64,000 nucleotides of DNA, taken from Lytechinus pictus (lineage: Eukaryota). The stretch spans positions 4,712,001-4,776,000 of the forward strand of contig NC_087263.1 of assembly GCF_037042905.1 (NCBI RefSeq), written 5' to 3'. Positions 61,173-64,000 of the stretch are shown one piece after another (the stretch's first letter is position 1; each line of letters begins with the position of its first letter). Both the position numbers and the translations under genes were made by a program. Under the pieces are notes generated by a model, which did no database searches, had not been told where the DNA came from, and saw nothing but the letters and a program-made list of their open reading frames with translations.

Positions 61173-62172
61173 TCAGTTGTACAACTTTCAAGGATGCAAA
61201 GTGGAAGGTAAGCATGATAGTCGTGATTGAAGATGACGGCTCTTTATTGGAAAGCTAGTGGGATTATGAAACTTTTAATGGCATAATGGGATGTGCTCGT
61301 TTCGTATACAAGTATATTTTCATCCGCTCTCATCCGTTGATGGGCTGTCTTAGATATATTAGATTATTCACGGCAGAGGGACATTTATTGCGACTCGTTT
61401 ATCCACTCTTCGAAGATTAATGGTCGTGTCATGGACATCTCGCTTCGCTGTTTAATGGCTGATATTGAAAGACACCGAAATAGCACGTCGCACATCTGAT
61501 TTCTGTTCGGTCATTAAAGTTGAGGCATTATTTTGCTATAGATTTACAAAGAAAAATCATACAACCAGGTGCGAAATTCGAGGGTTCTTGTTCCAAGAAT
61601 AAATTAATGCTTAATTGCGAGCATGGTTAGTGGCCAATCCTCTTGCATTCTATTACGCCACTGTCAATATTACTTTCATTCATTCAAATGATGGTTTATT
61701 GAAGTATGCTCAGCGGCTCTCCTCTTCACCCACACCCACCCACACGCAAGCACACACTCTCTCTCACACACACATGCCACGTATTGCACATTAAAAAAGA
61801 CATCAAAGGTGGATAAATCAAAATTACCACAATTAATGGGATTGATTGGAATAATTTATAGAGATTTTACTTATTAAACGGACCCCATAATACGAATTGA
61901 GATTCCAAGAAAGCCAGTGAGAACATTCCATGATAAAACACTTTTGAAAAGTGGGCGCTGATGGTACTAGAGTGACACGTGCCTTTGAAAGAAAGGTTAC
62001 CCGTCACGATTTTGTAAAATTAGCATTTCATTATTTATACCTTGATGCGCCAATGTACAACATGACAAAGATGCTTTGCGATCCCCCGAAAAATCTCGAG
62101 CGAATCTCTCCATCGCTCTCATAATGACATTGGTCGATCTATAAACTAGTATGAAACAGTTTAACACCCCAA

Positions 62173-62227
62173 TGACGTCATTGATTACATGCTTAATGAG
62201 AGGAGGAGTTAGTTGCTATAGCAACTA
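62173..62227. promoter_or_regulatory. Candidate CRE (TGACGTCA) plus RFX X-box (GTTGCTATAGCAAC) upstream of GPCR4
   Basis: CRE at 62173-62180. X-box at 62212-62225 lies inside an 18-bp perfect palindrome, ~450 bp before the ATG. Motif match only. Confidence 0.5.
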
Positions 62228-62677
62228 CATTTCCGAGTACCTCTCTTGAAGATAGAAGTGTCATACAAATACTTCCTGCGTTTGCGTTACCCTGTGATTT
62301 TGGCTCCCATGCATGAATACGGATAGCCCTGGCTTTCTCTCTTAGACTACTCAATGCTTTGTGATCTTACATCAGCACTGTTAAGTGCTTTTTGTTTGAG
62401 ATAGACATAGTCATCCAAATCCTGATGCGGACCATTGTCTACATTCAGTGTTTTTCAGCATTAACATTTCAGAGCGAAATAACACCTGAATGATGATTCA
62501 GAATGCTCATGTATCACTCACATGTCGCTGTTTAAAACTATTCTTTTCCCTCTGAATGATAAAACTCATTATAAGCTTTGTCCATTACAAGAAGTGAATT
62601 ATACTTCATAATAGGAACGTGCAACGTTGTGTTAGAGTTCGTCATTTTTACAACGCTTTGAAGCATTCATCATCAGC

Positions 62678-63760
62678 ATGGCAGAAACAAGCTTTGGTCA
62701 ACTAGAGACGTCAACCGATGTTTTGGTTATCACGAGGGTGGACTATGACTTTGACCTTGTCCATGTTATGTTCTGTTCGACCATGTCCATTTTAATCTTG
62801 ATATCGAACGCATTCATAGTCTGTGTCCTCAAAAAAGGAAAATCCTGCTTTGATGAAATAACAAGTTTCCTGTTCAAAATCCTGGCATATACAGACATCG
62901 GCGGAGGTGCTGTCGGAGCTCTGATCCACGGTCTCTACTTCATCTCAATGCGAAATCACATTTCCGATACTGTCTGCCGGTATGTGCCGTTTTGCATCTC
63001 ATTCTGCGCACTGAATTCGCTTTACCTCGTCTGCCTGATCAACGTCCAGCGTTACGTTGCCGTGACGCGTCCCTTCAAGTACATGCGCATCGCCACCACC
63101 AAACGGTTTAAGGTTGTCGTCTGCATTTCCAATGCCTTTGTCATATGTCTAACCGTTATTGTATTACCGATTGAGGGATTCCCCTTTACGCCGATATTTT
63201 TATTGATGTGCCGAGACCAGTATAGAGTTGGAGACATCATCTCAAGGGTTGAAACTACAGTAGGACTGAGCATCATAGTCCTAGCAATTGCCATCCCCCT
63301 AATTGTGCTGTCTGTTCTCAACTTGCGTCTGCTGGCGATCGCGTACCGTGCCTCACATCGACTTCACATCGTCTCAAGTCGGAGCCATCGGGATCAAGAG
63401 AAGAGTGGCTCAGGCTCAAAGAGCGTCTTTAAGATCACAGAAGCTAATGTTGCGAATGCTGTCCAACGTCGACGAGGTTTGAAAGGACTGAAGACAGTGA
63501 TCGCAATTTCTGTCTTGTTCTACGTCTCATGTCTGCCCTACGCTGTCGCTCTAATCCTGACGATGGTGAAGGGTGAACAGTCATACTATCTTTACTTCGT
63601 GGCACTCGCCCTGTTGCTCTGCAACTGTTGGTGGAATGGTCCGGTGTATTTCTTTACCAGTAAGACATTCAGGAAGAAGTCTCTAGAAGTCCTTGGATTT
63701 AAGAAGACCGGGATGAAACGGGCCGAAGTATCTACGAAGGAACATAGTTTAGCCACTTAA
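62678..63760 (+). CDS. Intronless class A orphan GPCR 4
   Basis: 360-aa 7TM ORF; LAYTD, QRY, YVSCLP, NCWWNGPVY, SKTFR. Confidence 0.92.
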   Translation: MAETSFGQLETSTDVLVITRVDYDFDLVHVMFCSTMSILILISNAFIVCVLKKGKSCFDEITSFLFKILAYTDIGGGAVGALIHGLYFISMRNHISDTVCRYVPFCISFCALNSLYLVCLINVQRYVAVTRPFKYMRIATTKRFKVVVCISNAFVICLTVIVLPIEGFPFTPIFLLMCRDQYRVGDIISRVETTVGLSIIVLAIAIPLIVLSVLNLRLLAIAYRASHRLHIVSSRSHRDQEKSGSGSKSVFKITEANVANAVQRRRGLKGLKTVIAISVLFYVSCLPYAVALILTMVKGEQSYYLYFVALALLLCNCWWNGPVYFFTSKTFRKKSLEVLGFKKTGMKRAEVSTKEHSLAT

Positions 63761-64000
63761 CTTCCACGGTGACATCCTACAAACGACGGATACATAATAT
63801 CTCATTTAAATTTACCCTCGAAGCAAACGATGAAATACTCAGAATGTCTATAGAATTTACCTGTACGTCAGTACGTGTAGACTCGTTCAAAGGTATTAGA
63901 CATGTTCGTGGTATTCATGGTATTGGATGTTTCATAGTTTTAGATCTTCTTGTAACAAAACAAATGAAAGTGAGTCATCTCTGCTCAAATAGGACATTCG

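Noticed and set aside
46812-63321. Short alternative-frame and antisense ORFs overlapping the GPCR genes
   Set aside because: Shadow ORFs of real coding sequence with no independent support.

Overview
AT-rich, repeat-dense animal genomic DNA with GT-AG introns and one 135-N gap. The repeat families and GPCR type suggest a sea urchin or related deuterostome (inference only). The window has three blocks. (1) 1-17 kb is a rearranged transposon graveyard. It holds a large inverted duplication (arms ~1-3125 and ~5375-7880, running off the window start), a decayed three-exon THAP-domain gene on the minus strand (THAP9/P-element-transposase-like N-terminus, mostly missed by the ORF track), Helentron-type non-autonomous elements with internal tandem arrays, and many MITEs. 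(2) 18-40 kb holds two tandem, same-strand paralogues of dimeric dihydrodiol dehydrogenase (DHDH, Gfo/Idh/MocA family) with identical internal exon sizes. Copy A has no recognisable exon 1 in the window. Copy B is complete (348 aa) but has Asn at the family's conserved active-site Asp. (3) 46-64 kb is a tandem cluster of four intronless class-A GPCRs that share a consistent set of non-canonical switch motifs. The last has a perfect RFX X-box and a CRE upstream. No CRISPR, rRNA or true tRNA genes were found. All alignments and identities are by eye.
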